Source: a virus
DNA length: 64,000 nucleotides
Reading direction: 5' to 3' (one strand)
IMG/VR virus record: IMGVR_UViG_3300050160_000070
Position numbers and translations under genes: made by a program. Each line of letters starts with the position of its first letter. Positions within the stretch are counted from its first letter, which is position 1. Below the pieces are notes generated by a model that was given only the letters and a program-made list of their open reading frames with translations, was not told the DNA's origin and did not search any database. This document shows positions 36,037 to 45,411 of this stretch, piece by piece.

Positions 36037-36115
36037 GGGCCGGAAGCTTAAGCCCGGTATAAGCGCCCGACTCATAATCGGAGGATAGTGGGTTCGAATC
36101 CCACCCGGCCTACCA
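36037..36115 (+). tRNA. tRNA with CAT anticodon, most like tRNA-Ile2 (lysidine type); Met not excluded
   Basis: GGGCCGG/CCGGCCT-ACCA; arm CCCGA-CTCATAA-TCGGA; C4-G69, C5-G68 and C29-G41 fit E. coli TilS determinants; A rather than U at position 8. Confidence 0.9.
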
Positions 36116-36213
36116 CAATCCACTAGTAAACGCGCAGTTGTTGCGTGAAGTGTAGACATTATGCGAATAACATCGTATAGTATCTCCCACTAGTAAACAT
36201 TCTGGAGAAAGCA

Positions 36214-36546
36214 ATGGGCTTCCGTACTGTTGTTGTGCTGATGAACGACCGAGCGAGTGAGTGGGAGAACGATCCCGCGCTCGGCAAACGGATCATGCTC
36301 TCTGCCTCAATGAAGAGCACGGGTCAGGTGACCGGTGCACGACATGAACTGCCGTACGGCGAAGTGGCGGAGCAGGTGCACGGTGATACGCAGTCGCTGA
36401 TCATCGCCGACGGCTACTCCGCCCGCCCTGTCGCCCACAGCAATTGGCGGCGTGGTGATACGCACGAAGTTGTGGAGATGCGGCTGCTGCGTGAGCTCGC
36501 CGACAAGCACGGCTTCGACCTGCACAAGAAGCGGAGCAAGAAGTGA
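36214..36546 (+). CDS. hypothetical protein
   Basis: GGAG SD. Confidence 0.75.
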   Translation: MGFRTVVVLMNDRASEWENDPALGKRIMLSASMKSTGQVTGARHELPYGEVAEQVHGDTQSLIIADGYSARPVAHSNWRRGDTHEVVEMRLLRELADKHGFDLHKKRSKK

Positions 36547-36737
36547 TCTCGCCGCAAGACACCCCGGAAGGGGCGAGTGCCGTCTGCGTCGATGCCTCAG
36601 GCGTCAACGGAGAGCTGACGGAGGGGCGCACGTACGTCGTGCAGTACTGGGATGGTTGCTGCATCTCCGTCCGAGGAGATGATGGAATCGGCGTCACAGT
36701 CAATCGTGCCCGCTTTGTTCCGTCAGTGCTGAACTGA
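36543..36737 (+). CDS. small hypothetical protein
   Basis: GTGA overlap. Confidence 0.65.
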   Translation: MISPQDTPEGASAVCVDASGVNGELTEGRTYVVQYWDGCCISVRGDDGIGVTVNRARFVPSVLN

Positions 36738-36939
36738 GACACATCGTAGGCGGAGTTAGGTGACCAAGTCAACGCGGTCACCTTTCGTGCCGCTCAGGTA
36801 TTATTCACTCGCCCGCTCTCGCCGTCCATCCCCGGCGTTGCCCGTTCGATCGCATGAATGCATTATACTACCAAACATTGCTGTTGTGCTACTGCGTGTG
36901 TTGTGGTATTATATGCGTACTGAAACAAAGGAGCACGCG

Positions 36940-37233
36940 ATGGCGAACTACAAAGCACCTCTGATCAAGTCGCTCGGTGAGGCCAACTACGCCACGAGTA
37001 GTTGGGGCGGCAAGCGCATCACCTTCACTCACGCTCGCAAGGACGGCACGCGGCGCGTCAAGCTGTGGCTCGCGAACGATGTGTTCCGATCGGATCGCGC
37101 ACAACAACTGAAGCTCGAGGCGGCACTGAAGCGCAACTACGGTGACAAGTACCTCGGTGGCTACTTCATCGCTGGTGCTCGAAGTGGCCTGGGCGGCTCG
37201 CGCAGTTTCTGCGTCGTGATCAAGAACGACTGA
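36940..37233 (+). CDS. basic hypothetical protein
   Basis: AAGGAG SD. Confidence 0.75.
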   Translation: MANYKAPLIKSLGEANYATSSWGGKRITFTHARKDGTRRVKLWLANDVFRSDRAQQLKLEAALKRNYGDKYLGGYFIAGARSGLGGSRSFCVVIKND

Positions 37234-37244
37234 AAGGCAACACC

Positions 37245-37550
37245 ATGAAGCGCTGGTCATACGCCAGCGCCGCATCATCTCATCACGGGACGATGCGGTG
37301 CAACTGCTGTGGCAAGGCGGTCGAGGGCGAATACCGCTACCGCGAAGGTCGAAGCGGCTACGTAGTCGAACGCCGTGTGTGCTCAGCGGGCGATGCGGAG
37401 TGGGCTCGGCGCGATGCACAGGTCGAGGCCGCCCGCATCCGGACCAAGGAGCAACTGGAAGCGTACAAGGCGTTCCGCGACAAGTGGGATGAAGATGCCT
37501 TGGACGAGGCGATCGCTTTCCTGGAGAAGCACCTCCGGTATCTCGGTTGA
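37245..37550 (+). CDS. hypothetical protein with CxxC/C zinc motif
   Basis: CNCCGK..VCS; its TGA lies within the next -35. Confidence 0.7.
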   Translation: MKRWSYASAASSHHGTMRCNCCGKAVEGEYRYREGRSGYVVERRVCSAGDAEWARRDAQVEAARIRTKEQLEAYKAFRDKWDEDALDEAIAFLEKHLRYLG

Positions 37551-37603
37551 CGTTGTGGTGAGGATATGAGATACTATCCTCACCGTAACGCATTGGAGCA
37601 CAC

Positions 37604-37921
37604 GTGACCGTCAAGCACATCATCGACCAGTTGGTTGATCGCGCTACCGAGCTTGGTTGACGACAAGCTCGGTACCAATTTCCTGGCATCACTGACGACT
37701 TGTATGAGGCGGCTGACGGCATGACGGACAAGGAGACCAAAGCGCTCCTTGAGGGCACGCCTATCCTCGCTCGGCGCAACATCCTTCGCCTGATTTCTGA
37801 AGCCCCTGTTGAAACTTGGTACTGTGATGATGGCTGGGTGGATTATGTGGCTGAATATGTGTGCAGGAATCGCAAGTCGCTCGGTAAGCTGATTACGCAC
37901 ATCAAGCAATTGGCCAGTTGA
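37604..37921 (+). pseudogene. gene interrupted by in-frame TGA (37658-37660)
   Basis: Hairpin promoter + GGAG SD + GTG; reads VTVKHIIDQLVDRATELG*RQARYQFPG... and continues 87 codons in the same frame to the TGA at 37919-37921. Confidence 0.65.
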
Positions 37922-37976
37922 CGTTGTGGCAAGGTTGCGTTATAGTATCTTCACTGTAACGCAATCGGGAACTGAA

Positions 37977-38456
37977 ATGTCCACCTGCTACATCCTTCCT
38001 CGTGGTACTCAGATCAATCGTCAGCAAGTGCTGGCCAAGTTCGCGACGTACCTCAGCGACGAGGACATGAAGGATACTGAGATCACCCTCGAGAACGCAG
38101 AGTCGGTCGGCATTAATGCTGGTGGCTCGTACTGCTGGGTCTCGTTCAACAACGATCTCGTCGGCTGCGTCTCGACGTATGGCTCTGGCAACGACGACGC
38201 TGTTGAGCACTTCGAGCAGACGTTCGGCACGCGTCTGATCAGCGAGCACGACGACGATTTCTCCTACCACGACTTCCCTGTTGACGTCCGCGATCCGAAC
38301 GTCAAGCCGATTGCTGAGAAGGATGGCTGGGAAGTGTTCGAGGACGATGGCTGGTGCTATCTGTACAACAGGCCCAACAATTCGTTCTACACGCATGTGC
38401 AGTGTGAGCGTGAAGAGATGAACATCGACAACATGATCGCCGACGCTGACGAGTGA
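37977..38456 (+). CDS. acidic hypothetical protein
   Basis: GGGA SD after promoter 37918. Confidence 0.75.
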   Translation: MSTCYILPRGTQINRQQVLAKFATYLSDEDMKDTEITLENAESVGINAGGSYCWVSFNNDLVGCVSTYGSGNDDAVEHFEQTFGTRLISEHDDDFSYHDFPVDVRDPNVKPIAEKDGWEVFEDDGWCYLYNRPNNSFYTHVQCEREEMNIDNMIADADE

Positions 38457-38527
38457 TCAGTTGACGCTGCGGTGGGATGATGTTACAATCATCCCACCAG
38501 TTAGTAACAGCCACATGAGGTTTCAGC

Positions 38528-38797
38528 ATGGCTAAGGTCTTCGTTCTCTCCGTCAACGGCGGCGAAGTTGAATCACATCTCGGCGTCTACCGCTCGATGG
38601 AATCGGTGATGAAAATGATCACCGAAGAGCGCGACGGCGGCGGCTTCACGCAAGACAACGGGTATGACACCGTATCGCCCGCGCGTGAGCCTGAAGATGC
38701 AGCAACCGTGACGCTGGTGTATGTGTACGAGCAGGGTCGTGAGTTCTACGACTGGTCGCTGCTGTTCACGATCCGAGAATGTGAAGTGCAAGACTGA
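38528..38797 (+). CDS. hypothetical protein
   Basis: GAGG SD. Confidence 0.75.
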   Translation: MAKVFVLSVNGGEVESHLGVYRSMESVMKMITEERDGGGFTQDNGYDTVSPAREPEDAATVTLVYVYEQGREFYDWSLLFTIRECEVQD

Positions 38798-38868
38798 CTT
38801 CGGTTGACGCGGCTGCGGGATGGGGTTACAATCATCCCACTAGTAAACATTCTGCTCTGAGGCACATC

Positions 38869-39126
38869 ATGAGTCAATTCTGTATCCTCTCCACCAACGG
38901 CAGCTGGGCCAACGCGTTGGGTTTGGTTGGCGTGTGCGCCGCTGACCTGCACGCGTTTCGCTCGTTCGTCTACGAGCACTCCGAAGGTGACGATATGACG
39001 GTGATGAGCACCTCGGAAGAGATCACCGCGCTGCTGGATAAGGAGGAGCTCGACGTGATCTCGGACGGTGAAGCACGCTACGCCGTCACGATCAACGACC
39101 ACGTGTACGTTGCGGTGGAGTTCTGA
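38869..39126 (+). CDS. hypothetical protein
   Basis: GAGG SD. Confidence 0.75.
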   Translation: MSQFCILSTNGSWANALGLVGVCAADLHAFRSFVYEHSEGDDMTVMSTSEEITALLDKEELDVISDGEARYAVTINDHVYVAVEF

Positions 39127-39137
39127 GGAGACCGACC

Positions 39138-39386
39138 GTGCTGATGTACGATCTGATCAAAGACCGGCTGCCGCAGCTGATCGACGTCAGCGACGAAGCA
39201 GCAGTGCGGCGCATCGCAGAAGACCTGGCTGAGAAGCGGTGGTTGCAGCATGAGATCGCACGCTACCTGCGCTGGACGGAGTACTACGAGGTGACTGTCA
39301 GCGAAGAACGCTGTCTCACTCGCATGAAGGTTGTCAGTGATCAGGTGAATGAGCGGTTGAGCAAAGCGTATACGCTCAGCATCTAA
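39138..39386 (+). CDS. hypothetical protein
   Basis: GAGGAG SD. Confidence 0.7.
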   Translation: MLMYDLIKDRLPQLIDVSDEAAVRRIAEDLAEKRWLQHEIARYLRWTEYYEVTVSEERCLTRMKVVSDQVNERLSKAYTLSI

Positions 39387-39458
39387 GAAGTCAACGGTTG
39401 CCGTCTTGGTGAGGATGCGTTATAGTATCCTCACCGTAACGCATTGGAGCAACGTAAT

Positions 39459-39773
39459 ATGCTGACCAAGATCAAAATCGAATATCAGGCCAATTACAAC
39501 GGCTGTTCCGTCCTCTGCTACTTCAACGGCGAAGAGGACGGTTTCGATGACTTCGACGTGCAACGGAAGGATCCTGACCTCCACGTCAAGGTGGAAGCTC
39601 TGCAGGATGCCGTGATCGACAAGGCGTACGAAGACGTGATCAAGGAAGGGCGCCATCAGGGTGAGTTCAACGGCGACACGGACGACCTCAAGGAATTCGC
39701 TGTCAACAGGGCGAAGGAAGTGTTCGGTGAGGGGGTGGAGATCGTGTTCGAAGTGGATGATTCGTCCACCTGA
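39459..39773 (+). CDS. acidic hypothetical protein
   Basis: GGAG SD. Confidence 0.75.
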   Translation: MLTKIKIEYQANYNGCSVLCYFNGEEDGFDDFDVQRKDPDLHVKVEALQDAVIDKAYEDVIKEGRHQGEFNGDTDDLKEFAVNRAKEVFGEGVEIVFEVDDSST

Positions 39774-39924
39774 CCACGTTGCCATCTGAGTGGGATGATT
39801 GTTACAATAATCCCACTAGTAAACATTCTCGGTACACATCATGATCTATCTCAAGGTTGCCCTGTTGTTCTCTCCCGTCATTGCGATGATGATTGCAATC
39901 ATCGTGAAGAGGGAGTGGTGAATC

Positions 39925-40407
39925 GTGGGTTGGTGGGGTGAAGGTGTGATGGAGGGCGATACGCCGTGTGACGTCGAACTGACTATGGAGGAGGCGATTC
40001 TCGGTCAGCTCCTCCATGACATCTACGACAACGACGGAAAGAAGGCAGCGAACAAGGCTGTAAAGCTGTACGCTGAACGCCTGAAGGATCCCGTCTACGT
40101 GCAGAAGGCGATCGCGGCGATCGACACGGAGGACGAGATCGAAGTGCAGGCTCTCGGCTACGTCATCATGGCGTATGGTGGCACAATCGAGCCGATTCGC
40201 GCTGAACTGCTGCAGGCGATCGCCAGTGATGACTCGTCATCGTGGCGTAATGCGTCTGCACGTCAACGTGCTATGACGAACTTTCGTCGTCGTGTCAATC
40301 GCTATACGGGCAACCGTCGAAGTCAAGCACGCATTCAACGTGGACTGCTTCAAGCGATCGGTGAAGCACTGTCAACTGAGACGAGCGGTCTTGTCAACTG
40401 TCGATGA
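39925..40407 (+). CDS. hypothetical protein
   Basis: 160 aa; MGWWG N-terminus. Confidence 0.7.
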   Translation: MGWWGEGVMEGDTPCDVELTMEEAILGQLLHDIYDNDGKKAANKAVKLYAERLKDPVYVQKAIAAIDTEDEIEVQALGYVIMAYGGTIEPIRAELLQAIASDDSSSWRNASARQRAMTNFRRRVNRYTGNRRSQARIQRGLLQAIGEALSTETSGLVNCR

Positions 40408-40500
40408 CTGAAATGGGCGGACAATTCCGCCCACGTTGACCAAGCAGCCGGTTTCTGTTATACTGGCTTCACTGTCAAACAACACACGCAAGGAACCGAA

Positions 40501-41007
40501 ATGTCCAAGCAAATCCGCGATCTGTTCAGCAACGTCAACGGCGCCAACTTCATCAGCATCGACACGGAAACGATTCCGAAGCTGACTGGCGGCAAGAAGA
40601 ACCCGATGCAGGGTGCGATCCGCAAGGTGACGATCGGCAGCAACGTGATGGTGTTCTCGAACAAGTCGGGCAGCGCCTACGGTGCGATGGTGGAACGTCG
40701 TCTGCGTCAAGAGGGCAAGGATCCTGCATCGTTCCAACTGAGCGAACGTGCATGGGGCACTCGCGTCGAAGGCACGCCGATCATCGAGCACCACGGTGAA
40801 ACGTACATTGAAGTGATCTTCCTGAAGTCGGGCAAGACTCACTACCTGCACGGCGTGCGTCCGATCAACAAGGCGGAAATCGAAGGCATGCCTGCTGATC
40901 ACGGAGAAAGTGAACAGGGCGGACTGGAAAACAAGGTGATCATTCGCACGATCAAGGCAGACAGCATCAAGCGTGTGGTGATCGACGGGCAAGTCCACAC
41001 GTTCTAA
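40501..41007 (+). CDS. hypothetical phage protein
   Basis: AAGGA SD; strong GC3 bias. Confidence 0.8.
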   Translation: MSKQIRDLFSNVNGANFISIDTETIPKLTGGKKNPMQGAIRKVTIGSNVMVFSNKSGSAYGAMVERRLRQEGKDPASFQLSERAWGTRVEGTPIIEHHGETYIEVIFLKSGKTHYLHGVRPINKAEIEGMPADHGESEQGGLENKVIIRTIKADSIKRVVIDGQVHTF

Positions 41008-41070
41008 GCTGACCAGTTGACAAAGTGAGGAGAGTAGACGATACTCTCCTCACTGACGAGAAAGAGCACC

Positions 41071-41256
41071 ATGCCTACCGAACAACATCTCCCGTCCGTC
41101 ATCACCACAACTGATGCGGCGCGCGTTGGCCGTGAGGTGTTTGGATGCACGAGACTCAGTCCATCTCAACTTGAGTTTGCTTTCGCAATTGAGCGTGTTG
41201 TCATTGAACGCTTGATCGCAGAGAATCTCATCCGTCACGCCAACATTCAGGAGTAA
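41071..41256 (+). CDS. small hypothetical protein
   Basis: Follows 13-bp hairpin promoter. Confidence 0.6.
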   Translation: MPTEQHLPSVITTTDAARVGREVFGCTRLSPSQLEFAFAIERVVIERLIAENLIRHANIQE

Positions 41257-41555
41257 TGATGCAATCGATCGTGGTGTACCGCAATCCGCTCGAAGCGGCG
41301 ATCTGGGAAGGTCTGATGGGCGGTGGTTGGATGTTCATCGTCGTCCTCATCGTCGCCACACTCGCTGGTGTGTGGGTGTATACGGCGATTGAAGCGTCGT
41401 ATCGCCGTCATCGCCACACCTACACGTTCAGCTCCAAGAAAACGCCGAATACGTGGTTCTACACGGTCTACCGCCACAACGGCAAGATCGCGACCGCGGT
41501 GACGATCGGCCTGCTGATCCTTGCCCATGTCGCCAACATGCGTGGGTGGTGGTGA
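41256..41555 (+). CDS. two-TM membrane protein
   Basis: CAGGAG SD; hydrophobic segments. Confidence 0.75.
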   Translation: MMQSIVVYRNPLEAAIWEGLMGGGWMFIVVLIVATLAGVWVYTAIEASYRRHRHTYTFSSKKTPNTWFYTVYRHNGKIATAVTIGLLILAHVANMRGWW

Positions 41556-41618
41556 CCAGTTGACCAAGAGCCAGTATTATGAGATACTGGCTTCACTGTC
41601 AACCAACTGGGACCAACC

Positions 41619-41768
41619 ATGATGGAACAATTTGTTGTTAAGTACTTCCGTGACAGGAAGAACTCAGGTCAGACGGGCATGTGGCTGTGTGAACATGTCT
41701 GTTGTGCTGGATACTGGCATTATCAACAGTTGTCTTTCTTGGGCAAGAAGGATGAGTACTACAGTTGA
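41619..41768 (+). CDS. 49-aa hypothetical protein
   Basis: Single ORF between two near-identical promoter modules. Confidence 0.55.
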   Translation: MMEQFVVKYFRDRKNSGQTGMWLCEHVCCAGYWHYQQLSFLGKKDEYYS

Positions 41769-41846
41769 ACTTTGCGGGCAACTGATCCGTTGACCAACAG
41801 CCAGTATTGTGAGATACTGGCTTCACTGTCAACCAGAGGAACGAAA

Positions 41847-42026
41847 ATGCAAACCTTCTCCGCAACCACCCTTCGTCAACTGCGTGACCATCTGAACTTG
41901 TTGTCTGACGACGCGTTGGACACTGAGATCAAGTGCGTCACGTGTTCGGATGATGTGGAGGATGCTGTTGAAGTGACGATCAGCGACGAGGGCGTCGACA
42001 TCATCGGTCCTGTTGATTGGCTCTGA
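41847..42026 (+). CDS. small acidic protein
   Basis: GAGGA SD. Confidence 0.7.
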   Translation: MQTFSATTLRQLRDHLNLLSDDALDTEIKCVTCSDDVEDAVEVTISDEGVDIIGPVDWL

Positions 42027-42091
42027 CCACTGTTGACCAACGGTGAAGCCTGTGGGATACTGGCTTCACTGTCAACCAACGGAGATCCGAA

Positions 42092-42391
42092 GTGTCCTAC
42101 GTCATCTACAACACCGAAACGCTGCAACGGATGAAGTCGCCGAGCAGTGGCCAGCAGACGTTCGAGACGGAGCGCGTCGCCAAAACGATCCGCACGAAGG
42201 TGCTGAAGAAGGTGGATGCGTCGGAGTCGGAAGCTGCTGAGTGGGTGGTCGCCGAGTACAGCGCGTGGCAGACAGCCGACGTGATGATCACGGTGAAGAG
42301 CCTGATGAACGGCGCTGATGTGCAGATCCGCAAGTCGCAACGGGGCAGCCGCGCCTCCGATCCGAGCATGGAGGGCTACTGGACGATGTGA
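42092..42391 (+). CDS. hypothetical protein
   Basis: GTG after CGGAG. Confidence 0.75.
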   Translation: MSYVIYNTETLQRMKSPSSGQQTFETERVAKTIRTKVLKKVDASESEAAEWVVAEYSAWQTADVMITVKSLMNGADVQIRKSQRGSRASDPSMEGYWTM

Positions 42392-42493
42392 CCAGTTGAC
42401 CATCTGAGTGGGCAGGTTAATACCTGCCCACTTGTCGTGTTTGGTCAATTGTGTTATTATCTCTTTGTCGTTAAACAACTGTAGGAGATCCAA

Positions 42494-42661
42494 ATGATCA
42501 TCACTCTCACGATTCCCGACGAACTGATCAAGAAGACAGCCGAACAACAGGACATGACTGAACAACAAGTGCAGGAGGCGATTCTCAAGCACTACCAAGC
42601 TTATGACAACCAGAAAAACGGTTTGTTGGAAGAGCATGTGAACGACATGCTGAACTTCTGA
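42494..42661 (+). CDS. 55-aa hypothetical protein
   Basis: AGGAG SD. Confidence 0.65.
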   Translation: MIITLTIPDELIKKTAEQQDMTEQQVQEAILKHYQAYDNQKNGLLEEHVNDMLNF

Positions 42662-42665
42662 CCAG

Positions 42666-42712
42666 TTGACCAGCAGTTGATGTGGTGCTATGATGTACCA
42701 CATCAACTGCTG
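42666..42712 (+). promoter_or_regulatory. hairpin promoter, 16-bp perfect arms
   Basis: TTGACC-17-TATGAT; CAGCAGTTGATGTGGT/ACCACATCAACTGCTG, -10 in loop. Confidence 0.9.
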
Positions 42713-42718
42713 AGGAGC

Positions 42719-42916
42719 ATGCACATGGACAAATTCGACAGCTCGGAAGAAGCGACCGCTTTCGTTGACGAACTGGAAGCGATGCTGAACGATCCGCGCC
42801 TACTGGAGTGGGCAAAGTCAACGGATCAGAACTTCGGCACGAATGCACACTCGCATCTGATCCATGCTCGTCGCGCTGTTGACGAGTTCGTCTCGCAGTT
42901 GGACGAAGCGAACTAA
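42719..42916 (+). CDS. small hypothetical protein
   Basis: GAGGAG SD. Confidence 0.7.
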   Translation: MHMDKFDSSEEATAFVDELEAMLNDPRLLEWAKSTDQNFGTNAHSHLIHARRAVDEFVSQLDEAN

Positions 42917-42980
42917 CCTGTTGACCAAATATGAGGAGAGTGGTATTATCTCCTCACTGATTCAACAACAGGAGCTAAGC

Positions 42981-43151
42981 ATGAGCATGAACAAGTTCAT
43001 CATCCGCAACGACGTCACTCACCACTCGTGGGAAGCGTCTGCTAGCGAAGCCCGCCTCTACGCGATCGGCGGCGCCTGGGACGTCGGCACCTACTCGGTG
43101 TTCCGTTCCGACTGCCCGAGCATCTGCCTCTCCGCATTCGACTTCGCCTGA
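42981..43151 (+). CDS. small hypothetical protein
   Basis: CAGGAG SD. Confidence 0.65.
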   Translation: MSMNKFIIRNDVTHHSWEASASEARLYAIGGAWDVGTYSVFRSDCPSICLSAFDFA

Positions 43152-43245
43152 CAACGGTTGAGCCTTACAGTCAACCGCGTTGACCAAATGTGAGGCTGGT
43201 GGGATACTGGCTTCACTGTCAAACAACCAAGCAAGGACACACATC

Positions 43246-43794
43246 ATGTCGCAACTGCAAGCTCTGTTCGCCCCCCTGAAGGATCGTCTCGTTGAAGTGC
43301 GTCAGCGCGACGAGTCGGTCAAGGTGTTCCGCCTCTACGCGCTCAGCGACAAGCAGGGCGTGATGAAGGACTCGAGCAAGGAGCCGTACGTGATCCTGAT
43401 GGAGCAGGGCGGCGCGGTGACGATGTCGATCCACCCGCAGCACGCCTCCCGCCTGATGAAGAAGGGCGAAGACAGCGGCATGAAGCTCCTGGAAGCCGTT
43501 TGCCAAGCGGAGACGGCTGAGGACACCAGTGAGCCTGTGATCGTCGATTCTACGCCGGTTTTGACGGCTTCTCAGCCGGCTGTCGAACCCAAGGCCGCTC
43601 CCGCCGTCGAGCCTGCCGTCGCCGAAGCGCCCGTCAAGGCCGCATCGAAGAAGGATCGCGCGGTGGCGATCTACAAGACGATGGCGGGCAAGCCGCGCAA
43701 GGAGATCGTCGCAGCGTTCATGAGTCAACTGGGCCTCTCCGCCCCCGGTGCTTCGACGTACCACCAGAACTGCAAGTCGGGTCTGTGGTCCTGA
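43246..43794 (+). CDS. HTH-like repeat-family protein, paralog of 26653-27321
   Basis: GVMKDSSKEPYVIL..IHPQHASRLMKKG and SKKDRAVAIY..LGLSAPGASTYHQN. Confidence 0.85.
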   Translation: MSQLQALFAPLKDRLVEVRQRDESVKVFRLYALSDKQGVMKDSSKEPYVILMEQGGAVTMSIHPQHASRLMKKGEDSGMKLLEAVCQAETAEDTSEPVIVDSTPVLTASQPAVEPKAAPAVEPAVAEAPVKAASKKDRAVAIYKTMAGKPRKEIVAAFMSQLGLSAPGASTYHQNCKSGLWS

Positions 43795-43800
43795 CAACAG

Positions 43801-43842
43801 TTGACCAAACGACAAGGAGATGAGACACTCTCCTTGTCGTTT
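43801..43842 (+). promoter_or_regulatory. hairpin promoter, 14-bp perfect arms
   Basis: TTGACC-17-GACACT; AAACGACAAGGAGA/TCTCCTTGTCGTTT. Confidence 0.8.
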
Positions 43843-43860
43843 ATCAATTGGAGAACAGAA

Positions 43861-44091
43861 ATGTTCATCGTGGTCACTGGAAACATCGTCAATTGTGGAG
43901 AACAGACTCCGTCCGACACGATCGGTGATGTTGACAAGTTCCTCTCTCGGGAGGAAGCTCTCTCCTTCATCAAGGAGGGGTTTGAGGAGGAGGAGTGGGA
44001 GTTCTACGAAACTCCGAATGGTTTCTTCCTTCCTGTCAACGAGGATGAGTTGACAGATGGTTACTTTTTCTACCGGTTGATTGTGGTCTAA
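43861..44091 (+). CDS. small acidic protein
   Basis: GGAG SD. Confidence 0.7.
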   Translation: MFIVVTGNIVNCGEQTPSDTIGDVDKFLSREEALSFIKEGFEEEEWEFYETPNGFFLPVNEDELTDGYFFYRLIVV

Positions 44092-44157
44092 CCAGTTGAC
44101 CAAAGTGGGGAGATGTGGTATTATCTCCCCACTGAATCAACAACGGAGCGCATCCAA

Positions 44158-44433
44158 ATGATTTCTGTTTTCGTGTTCGAAGGTGGTGAGGGTGTCGGTG
44201 ATGACAACACCGTCAGTGTCACTGAGTGGTCGGAAGCGGAGCTGATCCGCGTGATCAGCGAATACGTTGGTGAATGCGACGGCGTCGCATGGAAGGATCA
44301 AACGATCGAATTGGCTGATGACAACGGCCCCAAGATCCTCGGCGATACGTTCGAGATTGTCAACGGCAATCTCGCACAAGCTGCCAAGTGCGGCGTTGAT
44401 GGTGGTCAGATCTACGTCGTTCGCTGTATCTGA
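44158..44433 (+). CDS. small acidic protein
   Basis: CGGAG SD. Confidence 0.7.
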   Translation: MISVFVFEGGEGVGDDNTVSVTEWSEAELIRVISEYVGECDGVAWKDQTIELADDNGPKILGDTFEIVNGNLAQAAKCGVDGGQIYVVRCI

Positions 44434-44498
44434 CCAGTTGTCCAAAGCGAGGAGATGTGTTATTATCTCCTCACTGAATCAACAACCGGACACGAACC

Positions 44499-44738
44499 AT
44501 GTACGACAAGCTGATGGCCCGCTTCCCGAAAGTTGAAGCTCTGATCACGGACCTGATCTGTGAAGGCGCTCACCTGACGACCGACGCTGCTGTTGAGGCG
44601 ATTCGTGAAGTGTATGACCGCGAAGGTCCGTACGAATACGCTAAGCGTTTCGGCCTGCTGGTCGACGGCAGCGGCGAAGAGTTCGCGATCGAGTGGATGT
44701 CGTTCTACAACGAATACGCTGGTCGCTCGGTGTATTGA
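44499..44738 (+). CDS. small hypothetical protein
   Basis: Single-gene cassette. Confidence 0.7.
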   Translation: MYDKLMARFPKVEALITDLICEGAHLTTDAAVEAIREVYDREGPYEYAKRFGLLVDGSGEEFAIEWMSFYNEYAGRSVY

Positions 44739-44802
44739 GCGTTGACCAAGATGAGGGGACGAGGTATCATCTCCTCACCTAATCAACAACCGGAGAGCTG
44801 AG

Positions 44803-45102
44803 ATGGCTACCCTCACGATGCACCCGTATGACGCCAGCCGCGTCAGCTGGAACATGGTCGACAAGAGGGCTTCGGCGTTCGCCAGCGACCTCGGGCTTCG
44901 GCCAGGCCACCGCTTCGAGAGCATCTACGACGATGCGTGTGACGACGGGATCTGCATCGTCAACCACAATACCGGACGGGCTGTTGTGTGGGCGCTGCGT
45001 GCGGACGCCACCAGTGAAGCGTTCCGGTTCGTGCCGGCCACCGAGTCCATCCACAAGTACCCGCACATGCAGGGGTGGGAGCTGACGATCTACAACACGT
45101 GA
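44803..45102 (+). CDS. hypothetical protein
   Basis: GGAG SD; single-gene cassette. Confidence 0.75.
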   Translation: MATLTMHPYDASRVSWNMVDKRASAFASDLGLRPGHRFESIYDDACDDGICIVNHNTGRAVVWALRADATSEAFRFVPATESIHKYPHMQGWELTIYNT

Positions 45103-45168
45103 CCAGTTGACCAAACACGAGGAGGGTGGGATACTCTCCTCATTGGTTAAGCAATCAGGAGTCGCAAG

Positions 45169-45351
45169 ATGCACACGTTCGCAAACATGATCCACTTCAT
45201 CAGCACCGCCTACACCGGCGGCGGCCTGAAGAGCATCATTCGCTACATGGGTCTGCAGCACCCCGACCGCGTCACGGACATGTACCTGCGTGGCGAGCCG
45301 GCCAACTACATCGCAGCCGCAACGCTCGCCGTCAATCAGATCGGTGCTTGA
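45169..45351 (+). CDS. small hypothetical protein
   Basis: CAGGAG SD. Confidence 0.7.
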   Translation: MHTFANMIHFISTAYTGGGLKSIIRYMGLQHPDRVTDMYLRGEPANYIAAATLAVNQIGA

Positions 45352-45411
45352 TAGCGTTGACCTAGTAGTGGGGGTGAGGTATTATCCCCTCATAGCAACC
45401 AAGGAGCACAC

